Below, in pieces: positions 45,070 to 54,227 of a DNA stretch of 64,000 bases (positions are counted from its first letter, which is position 1; each line of letters begins with the position of its first letter). Where the stretch lies: NCBI GenBank assembly GCA_043818175.1, contig JBDRGA010000016.1, positions 14,003 through 78,002 on the forward strand, given 5' to 3'. The notes under the pieces were generated by a model. The model had not been told where the DNA came from, ran no database searches, and worked only from the letters and a program-made list of their open reading frames with translations. The position numbers were made by a program, and so were the translations under genes. The stretch comes from Candidatus Woesearchaeota archaeon. GTDB taxonomy: Archaea; Nanobdellota; Nanobdellia; Woesearchaeales; JBDRGA01.

Positions 45070-45936
45070 ATGCAATGCTGCGTGTGTAACAACAATGCAA
45101 TCATCACGAAGCCAGAGCCGCGCTGTTCTGATCACTTCAAGGAATACTTTGAAGCGACTGTTAAGGACACGATTAAACGCTTCTCGTTGATTTCGCCAGG
45201 TGAGAAGATTGTTGTTGCAGCTTCCGGAGGAAAGGACAGTATGACCTTGTTATATTTGTTGCATTCTTTCGGGTATCACGTTCACGCGCTGGCCGTAGAC
45301 GAGGGCATCAAAGGATACCGAGACGAAACTCTTGAGCACCTTAGAGCATTCTGCACGCCAAGAAGCATACCTTTGAAGATTGTTTCGTTCAAGGAAACAA
45401 CGGGAAAGACGTTGGACGAGATGAAGCCAGAACACCCATGTAGTACTTGTGGCGTACTAAGAAGAAAGGCTCTGAACGATAATGCAGAAGGATACGATAA
45501 GATTGCATTAGGACATAACTTAGATGATGAAGCCCAAAGCATTCTTATGAACCTGTTCAGGAACCAGATACCTTTGCTCTTTCGCTTGGGACCAATGAGC
45601 AAAACACAAGAAGGCATGACTCCAAGGATAAAACCTTCGTATTTTCTTTCTGAAAAGGAAGTCGCAACGTACGCACACCTGATGAAACTAAGTCCAGCAT
45701 GGAGCGAATGCCCGAATGCAATTGATGGTTACCGTTCAGACGTGAGAAACTGGCTGAACAAACAGGAAGAAGAACATTCTGGCTCTAAGAGAAACATAAT
45801 CAACTGGTTCCTTAAGATAAAAGAAGAAAAGATTCTGGAAGAAAAAGAAGCAAAGAAATGCGCTAAGTGCGGGGCGCCGAGCTCTGCAGAACTATGTCGC
45901 GCGTGTCAACTTCAAGTTAAACCTACTCGAGTTTAA
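45070..45936 (+). CDS. ncsA: tRNA 2-thiolation PP-loop ATPase (TtuA/NcsA/Ncs6 family)
   Basis: PP-loop SGGKDS, an N-terminal CxxC...C zinc finger (CCVCNN..C), a central CSTCG and a C-terminal CAKCG...CRAC zinc finger. Confidence 0.8.
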   Translation: MQCCVCNNNAIITKPEPRCSDHFKEYFEATVKDTIKRFSLISPGEKIVVAASGGKDSMTLLYLLHSFGYHVHALAVDEGIKGYRDETLEHLRAFCTPRSIPLKIVSFKETTGKTLDEMKPEHPCSTCGVLRRKALNDNAEGYDKIALGHNLDDEAQSILMNLFRNQIPLLFRLGPMSKTQEGMTPRIKPSYFLSEKEVATYAHLMKLSPAWSECPNAIDGYRSDVRNWLNKQEEEHSGSKRNIINWFLKIKEEKILEEKEAKKCAKCGAPSSAELCRACQLQVKPTRV

Positions 45937-46177
45937 TCTTGATCTTTTTGCCTTTGAGTTTTGCCTCAATTGCGGGAGCGACAGTTTGGCCTTGGAAAGT
46001 TGTCACGTCAAATTCTTTCATGAATTTCTTGGTAACACTTTCAGAACCAGTCACGATATAGATGCCATTCTCCAGAAGAATAGCGACTCCATTATTTGCT
46101 GCGTTAGTGACACTGCTAACTTTTGATTCCATTTCTTTTCCCATATGATCACCTTTACTTTGTTGTTTCCAAATCAA
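45923..46177 (-). CDS. Hypothetical small protein
   Basis: 84-aa ORF immediately downstream of two paralogous small membrane proteins; no motif. Confidence 0.35.
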   Translation of the reverse strand: MIWKQQSKGDHMGKEMESKVSSVTNAANNGVAILLENGIYIVTGSESVTKKFMKEFDVTTFQGQTVAPAIEAKLKGKKIKIKLE

Positions 46178-46451
46178 TTTTTATTCCGACAACCCATTTG
46201 GCGAATACATTGTAGAGCCACGCGCCTATTATTCCGGAGACGAAGCCCATTATTCCGTATAGTATGATGTACAGGATGCCCGCTATCAAAACACCAAGCG
46301 CAATCCAATAACCATAATTCTGGCCCGCAAAGCCAAGCGTCAAACCAAGCAAAATGATTGCGATGAATGCAACGACCAGAATGCTCATCATACCCAACGC
46401 GCAAAGCAATCCAGTCTTCAAAACGTCAATTCGTTTGAGCTCCTGTTTCAT
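46155..46451 (-). CDS. Small membrane protein, paralog A of a tandem pair
   Basis: 98 aa with 3 TM helices; shares YxIMGFxSxxIxGxLYNxxAK with the next ORF. Confidence 0.5.
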   Translation of the reverse strand: MKQELKRIDVLKTGLLCALGMMSILVVAFIAIILLGLTLGFAGQNYGYWIALGVLIAGILYIILYGIMGFVSGIIGAWLYNVFAKWVVGIKIDLETTK

Positions 46452-46765
46452 TCTTTCACCAGTTCAACACCAATACCACCTATCTTCTTTGCCCAGAAGT
46501 TGTAAAGGCCACCAGCAATAAATGCCGAAATAAAACCCATTATTGCATAAAAAATGGGGAAGATGATTATCGCCAGGGCGCCAAGCCCTAACATCCAGGC
46601 ATTCACAGGATCGACGGTTGCTGCAGTGTCAACGGGCACGCTGCTCATGGCCCACGAGAATAACGCGAAGAATATACCAACGATAATGCCAAGGACGGCA
46701 TACGTCAGGGTCATTATTTTTGCTAGAGACATTACATCAAGATGCTTTACAACGTTTCTTGTCAT
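46448..46765 (-). CDS. Small membrane protein, paralog B of a tandem pair
   Basis: 105 aa; clear sequence similarity to paralog A; overlaps it by 4 nt. Confidence 0.5.
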   Translation of the reverse strand: MTRNVVKHLDVMSLAKIMTLTYAVLGIIVGIFFALFSWAMSSVPVDTAATVDPVNAWMLGLGALAIIIFPIFYAIMGFISAFIAGGLYNFWAKKIGGIGVELVKE

Positions 46766-46811
46766 GAGACCACCAATAACGGTCTGGACGTGCTAATATA
46801 TAAGAATATCG

Positions 46812-48284
46812 TCACAACGGTTCAACAGATTGAGGGAGGGTCTTCACGAAATTCAGGCGCTCTTCTCTGTTTATCTTGTCGCTCTTGAACATATAACGGC
46901 TCCTGCAATACCTGCAGCACGGTTCATTGTTCATTTTGAAGAATTTTGGGGGTATGTCCTCTTCCACAACACGAGAAATGCAGTTCTGGTTCTGGCACAG
47001 AAGATAGACAAACTTCTTCGTGATTGTTCCTTTGTTGATGTAATTTATTGTTGTCTCGGGCGATATCAAGGCCGCCCGTTTCAAGTCACGATCAGTCAAC
47101 GATGGAAGGTCCGTCTTCAATATGTTTGTGCTCTTTTGGGGAATGTGTGCAAATATGGCCAGCTTCCCTCGCTCCTTGAGCTTCAGTTGCATTCCGATTT
47201 CTAGTTCAAGTCCCTTTGCTATGTGGTCAATTACAACACCATCTTTTATGTCATTTATTATCCCTGGTTCTCTGTTCTTTGAACCATGTCTGAGCAGAAT
47301 GTTGTTTCCATTTTCCAACAAAGGATTCAGGATGCCTGAGAATTGAACAATTTCGGCGTCTTTGAACATACTGTAAAGAAGCGCTTTCCTCAGAAATATG
47401 CCATTCTCCGCCTGCTTGAAGAATCCCTGTGCATCGCTGAAGTAAACAGCATGGTCAATTTCTGCCAGTTCGCTGTTGACAGGCAAAGGATGCAAAACCT
47501 TTCCCTTGAATTCACGAACCCGTTCAAGTGTGATCCTGTACTTGTCCATTAAATCATGGACTTGAGAGGCAGAACTACCCATTCTCTCCAATTGAGGTCG
47601 GGTCATGTAGAAAACATCAACGTTCTTCATAACATCAACAACTTCAGCATGTCGAACGACTTTTACGCCTTTCTTAGCAAGGTGCTCTGTAAGTGAAGTG
47701 GGCATTCCAAGAAAATCCTCAGCACACCAATGAATCTCAACGTTATCATAATTGGCTAAAGCTAATGTCTGGGAATGTATAGTTCTTCCATGCGCTAGAT
47801 CACCTCCATAACCCACTTTTATTCCATCGAGCTTTTCTCTCAAAGTGCTCATCGTGAAAAGGTCAAGCAATGCCTGCGTGGGGTGCTCGTTCTTTCCATC
47901 GCCCCCATTAATAACAGGAATCTCAGAAACGTCAGCAGCCCACTGAACACTTCCATCTTTAGGATGTCGCATCACGATAGCGTCAGCATGATTGGCCTCA
48001 AACATCTTTATCGTATCTCTTATGCTTTCCTTCTTCGTTACGGACGTGCCCTCAATACCGCTGAAACCACCTGCTCTTCCACCAAGCTCTACAATTGCAG
48101 TTATGAAACTCTGCCTTGTCCTTGTGCTTGGCTCGTAGAAAAGGTTTGCAAGCCGGAAAGTGCGAGGAAGCTGTAGTGAATACCTCTTGCCAGATTCCTC
48201 AATTTGCTTCATCTTCCCGGCCAACGCGAGAAGCTTGTTGATTTCGTCCTTCGAGAAGTCCTGAATGGAAATTACATCCCCCAT
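46812..48284 (-). CDS. pyrBI: Aspartate carbamoyltransferase with fused catalytic (PyrB) and regulatory (PyrI) chains
   Basis: N-terminal ~310 aa carry STRTR, HPTQ and HPLP ATCase motifs. The C-terminal ~150 aa match PyrI (GVVIDHI..., zinc site CQNQNC...CCRYC). Confidence 0.8.
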   Translation of the reverse strand: MGDVISIQDFSKDEINKLLALAGKMKQIEESGKRYSLQLPRTFRLANLFYEPSTRTRQSFITAIVELGGRAGGFSGIEGTSVTKKESIRDTIKMFEANHADAIVMRHPKDGSVQWAADVSEIPVINGGDGKNEHPTQALLDLFTMSTLREKLDGIKVGYGGDLAHGRTIHSQTLALANYDNVEIHWCAEDFLGMPTSLTEHLAKKGVKVVRHAEVVDVMKNVDVFYMTRPQLERMGSSASQVHDLMDKYRITLERVREFKGKVLHPLPVNSELAEIDHAVYFSDAQGFFKQAENGIFLRKALLYSMFKDAEIVQFSGILNPLLENGNNILLRHGSKNREPGIINDIKDGVVIDHIAKGLELEIGMQLKLKERGKLAIFAHIPQKSTNILKTDLPSLTDRDLKRAALISPETTINYINKGTITKKFVYLLCQNQNCISRVVEEDIPPKFFKMNNEPCCRYCRSRYMFKSDKINREERLNFVKTLPQSVEPL

Positions 48285-48325
48285 TCTATTGCTTGGAATG
48301 ATGAGTATTTAGAGTTTGTTGTGGT

Positions 48326-48628
48326 TCATAATCTCTTTCCCACACTAATTGCTGAGATTATTGATAATATGATTCCAGCAATTGCAGTCAACGTGCCAGG
48401 GAACGGGATTAGTGTTACGAACGCAAGAACAACAGCCGCGATTGAATTACCCTTTACTTCGTTGAGCAGTATTGAAAAAATCAAGTTCATAACTGCCAGG
48501 GGAATAACCCACCATGCAGCAATAAGATAAACAAAAGGAATCAGCCCAATCATGAATCCTCCACCTACTAGAATGATCGATGCGAACAGAATTACTCGCA
48601 TCACCTTCTTGTCTGATGAAGAAACCAT
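48326..48628 (-). CDS. Small membrane protein
   Basis: 100-aa hydrophobic ORF with 3 TM helices. Confidence 0.4.
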   Translation of the reverse strand: MVSSSDKKVMRVILFASIILVGGGFMIGLIPFVYLIAAWWVIPLAVMNLIFSILLNEVKGNSIAAVVLAFVTLIPFPGTLTAIAGIILSIISAISVGKRL

Positions 48629-48644
48629 AAAAAAGAATTAGCCC

Positions 48645-49091
48645 TTATTTCTTGGCTGCAGGTTTTGCTGCCACTGGTGCTGCTTTCTGTTCCTTCCACG
48701 CCAGGAATCCCAATACAATCCACTGTGCAATTGGAACAACCATTAATATTCCCAAAGGTCCTGGATAGTTTCTCCTTTCCGAGATCTTCCACCACCACCA
48801 GATTGTTGCTGCAATCACAACTACAATTCCAAGGAACGGTATGAACGAAGCCACCACAACTATTAAGGCAGTCCACCACGGAACCTGGGCAATCATCGGC
48901 AACAGGAATAGATTCGCTATCGGAATCCACGCCAGCCAGGGATATTTTGTCTTTGTCTTCTGGGCTATTACCATCGTAGCCCACGCCTGGTAGATGTACG
49001 CAGCAATGAATAGTATCACGAAGAACACCATCATTCCAGCGAACGCACCCAACAGCGCACCCATACCATAAGCATCAAGCATGTTTGCCAT
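48645..49091 (-). CDS. Membrane protein with a Trp-rich motif and an Ala/Lys-rich tail
   Basis: 148 aa with 4 TM helices; WWWWK motif; C-terminal AAPVAAKPAAKK. Confidence 0.4.
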   Translation of the reverse strand: MANMLDAYGMGALLGAFAGMMVFFVILFIAAYIYQAWATMVIAQKTKTKYPWLAWIPIANLFLLPMIAQVPWWTALIVVVASFIPFLGIVVVIAATIWWWWKISERRNYPGPLGILMVVPIAQWIVLGFLAWKEQKAAPVAAKPAAKK

Positions 49092-49127
49092 TACGCATCA
49101 CCAATGAGAACACGGTCTGAATGATAT

Positions 49128-50408
49128 TTAAACGTTTGCCTCGGCTGGCTTTCCTCTAAGGTCGAGAGGAGTAGCATTCTCGACTTGTACAATGATTGCT
49201 GAGCCAAGCGGCACCTTGCTTGCGAGTATCACAGGCCGGTACGAATCAGTCCTTCCAACAAACGTACCGTTCTTGCCCGTTTCATTTACTGTTACCTTTC
49301 CGTTCAAACCAATCCACTTCTTGTTGTTCTTTTCAGCCATCGCGAAGAACTCATTTCTGAGTCGTATGCTTCTCTCCTTTACAGCATTGCTCGGTACTTG
49401 CTTCATCTTCGCAGCCAAAGTATCGGGTCTTGGCCAGAACCGTGACATATTCAAGACTTCTGGCTGAACGTCATGCAATAGTCTCATAGTCAACTCGAAA
49501 TCCTCGTCAGTCTCGGAAGGAAATCCAACTATAATATCTGTTGCGATGGTAATGCCGGGAATTGCCTTTCTCGCTTTCTCAACTATAGTGCGGAAATTTG
49601 CGATAGAATATGGTCTTAACATCTTCTTCAACACGGCGTCAGAACCAGATTGTACTGGTACATGAAGGAACTTGAACATCCTTTCATTTTTCATCACTTC
49701 AAGCAATTCATCAATGTATTCAAGTAAATGGTCTGGATTTCCCATACCCAACCTAACTTTGAATCCGCCTCTTTCCATAAGAACAGCACGAAGAAGTTCG
49801 GGAAGTTGCTTGCCAATGTCCTTGCCCCATGTTGCAGTATCTGGAGAAGTAAGCCAGATTTCTTTAGCACCATTATTGACTGCGTTTTTGACTCTCGCAA
49901 CTATGTCTTCAACAGAATAACTTGTCGTGTTGCCTCTTGCTTTTTTGGTATGGCAAAAAGAGCACGCGCTCATACATCCTTCGTTGATGGGTATTATTGC
50001 GATAAGATTGTTGGTTCGAATAGTTGGTAAAGAAATTCTCTCTTGACTGTGCTTTTCGCCGATGAATGAAACAACCTTTCTTTCATTTGCCGCATTAACA
50101 GCCGCGCCTATCTTATCAATTGTGTTCGTACCAACACAAGAGTACTTTTCGTACAACTTTTGGCCGTACTTTGTTTGGGAAAGGCATCCGGCAAGAACCA
50201 CTTTCTTTTCTTGTGATTCCAACTCTCGCAACTCCTTGCGTATCTTGGCTTCGGTTGGGCCTTTTACGGTGCACGTGTTAATCACCACGATGTCTGCTGT
50301 ATCTTTGGACAGTACAATATCATGTCCTTCTTTAGCAAGCACGCCCGCAATTGATTCTGAATCTGATTGGTTTAAAGCACAGCCGTATGTGCTGATGTAA
50401 ACTTTCAT
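49128..50408 (-). CDS. mtaB: Radical-SAM methylthiotransferase, MiaB/MtaB (CDKAL1-like) family
   Basis: An N-terminal MTTase domain (YISTYGCALNQ...NTCTV), the radical SAM CMSACSFC motif and a C-terminal TRAM domain. I used the internal Met (MKVYISTYGC). Confidence 0.8.
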   Translation of the reverse strand: MKVYISTYGCALNQSDSESIAGVLAKEGHDIVLSKDTADIVVINTCTVKGPTEAKIRKELRELESQEKKVVLAGCLSQTKYGQKLYEKYSCVGTNTIDKIGAAVNAANERKVVSFIGEKHSQERISLPTIRTNNLIAIIPINEGCMSACSFCHTKKARGNTTSYSVEDIVARVKNAVNNGAKEIWLTSPDTATWGKDIGKQLPELLRAVLMERGGFKVRLGMGNPDHLLEYIDELLEVMKNERMFKFLHVPVQSGSDAVLKKMLRPYSIANFRTIVEKARKAIPGITIATDIIVGFPSETDEDFELTMRLLHDVQPEVLNMSRFWPRPDTLAAKMKQVPSNAVKERSIRLRNEFFAMAEKNNKKWIGLNGKVTVNETGKNGTFVGRTDSYRPVILASKVPLGSAIIVQVENATPLDLRGKPAEANV

Positions 50409-50439
50409 CAACGAAGTAAATTCGTTAACGTTTAAAGCG

Positions 50440-51504
50440 TTACGGATACTTCGTCTTCCCAGTATTAACAATGAGAACTTTCGCGTCCTTTGGAACAAGC
50501 CCCTGAAGCTGTAAAAGCATACCAAGACCTGCGATGCCAGAGGGCTCACAAGTGATACCTTGTGCTTCAGCAATCTCCATCGCTTTCAATAGGTATTGTT
50601 CTTCCAATGGAATCACGTCTGAATGAGAACCACAGAAACCAAGATACTTGTAAAGCCGCATGGCCTGTTCGTCATAATGCTTGAATGGTGAGTGTGGTGA
50701 GTAAAGCTTTTCTGCCTTGCTCTTGGCATTGTTGGTGGTAACGCCGATAAAGTTGCATTCGCGTAGCAAAGCAACGTTCCCGTTGAACCTCGGATCATGT
50801 GACTCGGTGGCGAGCTCGTGCTTAGTAACGTTGAGTATGTTCTCAAAAAGGTTTCCAGTGCCAAAAGGAACGAAACAATACACAGGAGAAGAATTTATGA
50901 TCTCGTAGCTCAACCAATCGTAAAAATTCGTCGTGGGGTCCAAAGCATCTGCGCTCGTAATGTCGAAACCCTCCCAATTGTTTGTTAAGGAAAGAATTTC
51001 TTTCCATGTTAATGGTTTCTTGCTTAAATCCGTCTCGAAAAGCTCACAACCTACACGTTTTAGACTGGCCTTCACTGAAGGTTTCATCTTATAGTCAACA
51101 AGAACGTGGAGATTTGGAAGTCCATATTTCATAAGCATGGTTTGGATTGCAACTGCAGCACTACCTGAACTTATTATACTCATATTCGGCAAGCGACCCG
51201 AAATCTGCCCTCTTTTCTTTGCAAGAAGCATGCTTCTATACGTGACGACAATCTCCCAAGCCATCCTATCCTTGTGCGTTCCTGTGGGATTTTTGCTTTC
51301 GTCTTTCAACCAGACATTTGTGAAGCCAGGCACTTCAATCTGGTATGTTGGGGTAGCGGGAAATTTCGGGGCATGTGGAGGAAACTCGGGATGTTCAGGG
51401 TCGTTCTCACTTGCAACAACGATTTGTTTTAGAATCAAGGCTTCGCGGGCATTAAGCATCATGAACATCCAGTTTATTTCAGTACATAAAAACGTTTGCA
51501 ACAC
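50440..51504 (-). CDS. PLP-dependent fold-type II enzyme, threonine-synthase-like
   Basis: Lysine motif KDESKNPTGTHKDR (compare threonine synthase NPTGSFKDR) and a Gly-rich PLP phosphate loop (SSGSAAVA). Confidence 0.6.
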   Translation of the reverse strand: MLQTFLCTEINWMFMMLNAREALILKQIVVASENDPEHPEFPPHAPKFPATPTYQIEVPGFTNVWLKDESKNPTGTHKDRMAWEIVVTYRSMLLAKKRGQISGRLPNMSIISSGSAAVAIQTMLMKYGLPNLHVLVDYKMKPSVKASLKRVGCELFETDLSKKPLTWKEILSLTNNWEGFDITSADALDPTTNFYDWLSYEIINSSPVYCFVPFGTGNLFENILNVTKHELATESHDPRFNGNVALLRECNFIGVTTNNAKSKAEKLYSPHSPFKHYDEQAMRLYKYLGFCGSHSDVIPLEEQYLLKAMEIAEAQGITCEPSGIAGLGMLLQLQGLVPKDAKVLIVNTGKTKYP

Positions 51505-51569
51505 TTACTGCGCAAATAAGTTACTACCAAATAGTAACACTTATAAAGGGGCGCGGGTTGCTTTAGGTT

Positions 51570-52652
51570 ATGAACATTCTCGAGACGCTAGAAAACGAAC
51601 TTCGGGAATGGGAGCACGGGGGAACTTATCCTGCGGTAGTTCATCCAAATGGCGTTTTTTCATCCAAATACACGCCCGAGGTAGATTTTCTTAATACGAA
51701 GCTTAATGAAATGCAACGTGGAACAATTCTGCCCCAACTTCGCAGCGCAGTGAAGAAACTTGAGAAGGTTAGGATATCCCAAGGTCCTCTGGCGTTCGAA
51801 GAAGCGCTGAAATACGCTGACGGTATACGGGTAAGAACTGGCACGACTGAGAACGGTGAAACTGCCACCGGACTCGGGTTCTGGGTAAAGACAGACTCAG
51901 GATACCATGAAGAACAACCCCCTGAATGGTTATGGCCAGTCTGCAGAGCAATGGGCAATCTCCTGGAGTCCAGACTGGAATGTGCCAGGTTTCTTGCTTG
52001 TCCGCCAAGCTTCGCATTCGAGTCAGGAGAATTCTCAACGAGGGGCCTTGTAAATTTGGTAAATGATACGAATTTCACATATGATGCCCACCGTCATAAT
52101 CTCAGGTCTAGCGTGGTGCTTCCTTCAAACTTTCCAGGGAGAAAGCTTAAGGTGCAGCTGATGCTGGGCGAATCCTCGAGCAGAATGATATTCGACGTGA
52201 AGTACATGGCCTTCGGTCTAGAAAGGGATGGGAAGCAGGACAAGTTCGACGTGGTTGTTGAACTCGACGCGGCAGGGAATCCTTCTGATATCCCACATTA
52301 TGAGAAAGCCCTGCCCGTGGCCAAGCAGATATACATGGTCCGCGCAAAGCACGACCTGGCAGACTGCCTACAGGGTTATCAGGAAGCAATGGCATACAAG
52401 CGAATTGGAGTCAGTGGCAGGTACAGATTCGAACTGGATGGCATGGATGGAGTAAAACAAGTATTCGAGACTGACAAGCTGAACATGGTGCGTAATTTGG
52501 AAATAGTTCTGAATGACCCAAGACTGCTTGGTGGACTCCCCCTGCAAAGGGCAATAACCCATGTTCGTGCGTATGCTAATGAATTGAGAAACATGTACTT
52601 CAAATTCAGAGCAGGTAAAATGGACTTTCCGCGCAGGGAGCAGTACGCTTAA
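51570..52652 (+). CDS. Hypothetical protein (360 aa)
   Basis: Long ORF with elevated GC; no recognisable motifs. Confidence 0.4.
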   Translation: MNILETLENELREWEHGGTYPAVVHPNGVFSSKYTPEVDFLNTKLNEMQRGTILPQLRSAVKKLEKVRISQGPLAFEEALKYADGIRVRTGTTENGETATGLGFWVKTDSGYHEEQPPEWLWPVCRAMGNLLESRLECARFLACPPSFAFESGEFSTRGLVNLVNDTNFTYDAHRHNLRSSVVLPSNFPGRKLKVQLMLGESSSRMIFDVKYMAFGLERDGKQDKFDVVVELDAAGNPSDIPHYEKALPVAKQIYMVRAKHDLADCLQGYQEAMAYKRIGVSGRYRFELDGMDGVKQVFETDKLNMVRNLEIVLNDPRLLGGLPLQRAITHVRAYANELRNMYFKFRAGKMDFPRREQYA

Positions 52653-52676
52653 ATAAGCAGGAAAAACAACATTACT

Positions 52677-52901
52677 ATGCCAAGAGTCAGGTACGAAAGA
52701 GAGAAATGCATAGGCTGTGCTGCCTGTGCAGCCGTAGCTCCTGATTATTGGGATATGCATGGCGAGAAAAGCGTTCTGAAAGGAAGCATAGAGATTAAGC
52801 CCGACATATTTGTGAGGGACATAAAGGACTCAGAAAGAGACATTAATCAAGACGCGGCAGATTCCTGTCCTGTGGAATGCATACATTTAGAGAAAGATTA
52901 A
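52677..52901 (+). CDS. fdx: Small single-cluster ferredoxin
   Basis: CIGCAACAAVAP...CPVECI is the CxxCxxC...CP iron-sulfur binding pattern. Confidence 0.65.
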   Translation: MPRVRYEREKCIGCAACAAVAPDYWDMHGEKSVLKGSIEIKPDIFVRDIKDSERDINQDAADSCPVECIHLEKD

Positions 52902-52939
52902 ACCTGCAAAGCTTAAATACTTGATTAGATTCACCACTC

Positions 52940-54190
52940 TTGAGGACTATCAAAATGGCCAAAATAATCGAAACTGAAAGATCCATAGTACCTGCGTGGA
53001 ACGTCAAAACATCAAGATTTAGAAAAGTCTTGCAGGGAACTGCAAACGTTGAGGGTATTGGCGCGTACATGATAGGCGCGGTTCCAATACTTGAGCATGG
53101 CCTTCCGGAAGCAGTTGAGCGTGCCCGTGAAGTAAGACAAGGAGTGCCCTTGCTCTACAACCACGGAGGGCTAGGAAGTGACTTTGAGCAATTACAGTCT
53201 CCAGTATTTCAGGAAATCAAGAGAGCAGGAGTAGAAGCAGTAGTTCTGACTGGATTGGCAGGGCCAAGTGTTCTTTCAAGCTGGATACGTGCTGCCCAGA
53301 CAGCAGGTCTTGAAGTCGTGTTGGAACAAATGCAGCCACACTCAGGATTCTTAAGTCAGAATCCAATGGATACATCAGATGTTTTGTCTGGTTATCTGCT
53401 CCCTAAGGCAATCATTGATGCGCACAAGTTAGCAGTCTCGCAAGGTGTGAGAATGTTCATCCTTCCTGGCGAATCAGCATACTTGCCCGATTTTGTCGAG
53501 CAAATGAAGGGAAAAATTAAGGCGACTTTCAAGGACAGAGACTGTACTGTCCACTATAGAAGCACGGAAACTGGTAAATTGGAACGGAGTCCTTATCACG
53601 AAATCAACGGTGTTGACGTGATGGAACACGGCCTCGGCGGCGTGCTTTTCGAGTTGGCGCAGCACAATGACAAATCTGCAATAATAGATTGGCAGAGTTT
53701 AGGTACGTACACACCCAACAGGGCAGCAGAACTTGTCGGTGCTGTACTAAAAGCGCCGATGAAGTCAAGCGTACGTGCCATAAGAGTTCTGCCGCTTTCT
53801 GGTTCGTCCACTCTGGATGCGATTAGCGAGGCAGCAGGAACAAGAGTGAAGCTTCTAGTGGAAGCACATCGTGGAAACGAAGACTACACAAAGTCAAATG
53901 GAGGTTTCCTAACAACTGAAACACCCGAGTTCATCTTGTCAGAAGCAAACGCAAAGGGAACAGGAATAATGTTCCCATCGAACAGAGAACGCGAGCTCAA
54001 AGCGTTCATGGAAACGCATCCAAATGCTGAGTTCTTCATTGGAGGGTCTAGTGGGAGTAACAGAATTCCAACGGACAGATTATTACCTAGGTCATATCAT
54101 AGGGTTATTGGAAGCGCACTAGTATTGAACTCAGATTCAGGCGCGATTGAAAGACTGGCAGATAGTTACGTCCAGAAGCTACGTTCCTGA
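52940..54190 (+). CDS. Hypothetical protein (416 aa), possibly an alpha/beta-barrel enzyme
   Basis: No confident motif; Gly-rich segments. Confidence 0.35.
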   Translation: MRTIKMAKIIETERSIVPAWNVKTSRFRKVLQGTANVEGIGAYMIGAVPILEHGLPEAVERAREVRQGVPLLYNHGGLGSDFEQLQSPVFQEIKRAGVEAVVLTGLAGPSVLSSWIRAAQTAGLEVVLEQMQPHSGFLSQNPMDTSDVLSGYLLPKAIIDAHKLAVSQGVRMFILPGESAYLPDFVEQMKGKIKATFKDRDCTVHYRSTETGKLERSPYHEINGVDVMEHGLGGVLFELAQHNDKSAIIDWQSLGTYTPNRAAELVGAVLKAPMKSSVRAIRVLPLSGSSTLDAISEAAGTRVKLLVEAHRGNEDYTKSNGGFLTTETPEFILSEANAKGTGIMFPSNRERELKAFMETHPNAEFFIGGSSGSNRIPTDRLLPRSYHRVIGSALVLNSDSGAIERLADSYVQKLRS

Positions 54191-54227
54191 GCGACAGTTT
54201 TTTATAGCCGTTTCTTGGTAGTGTAGT

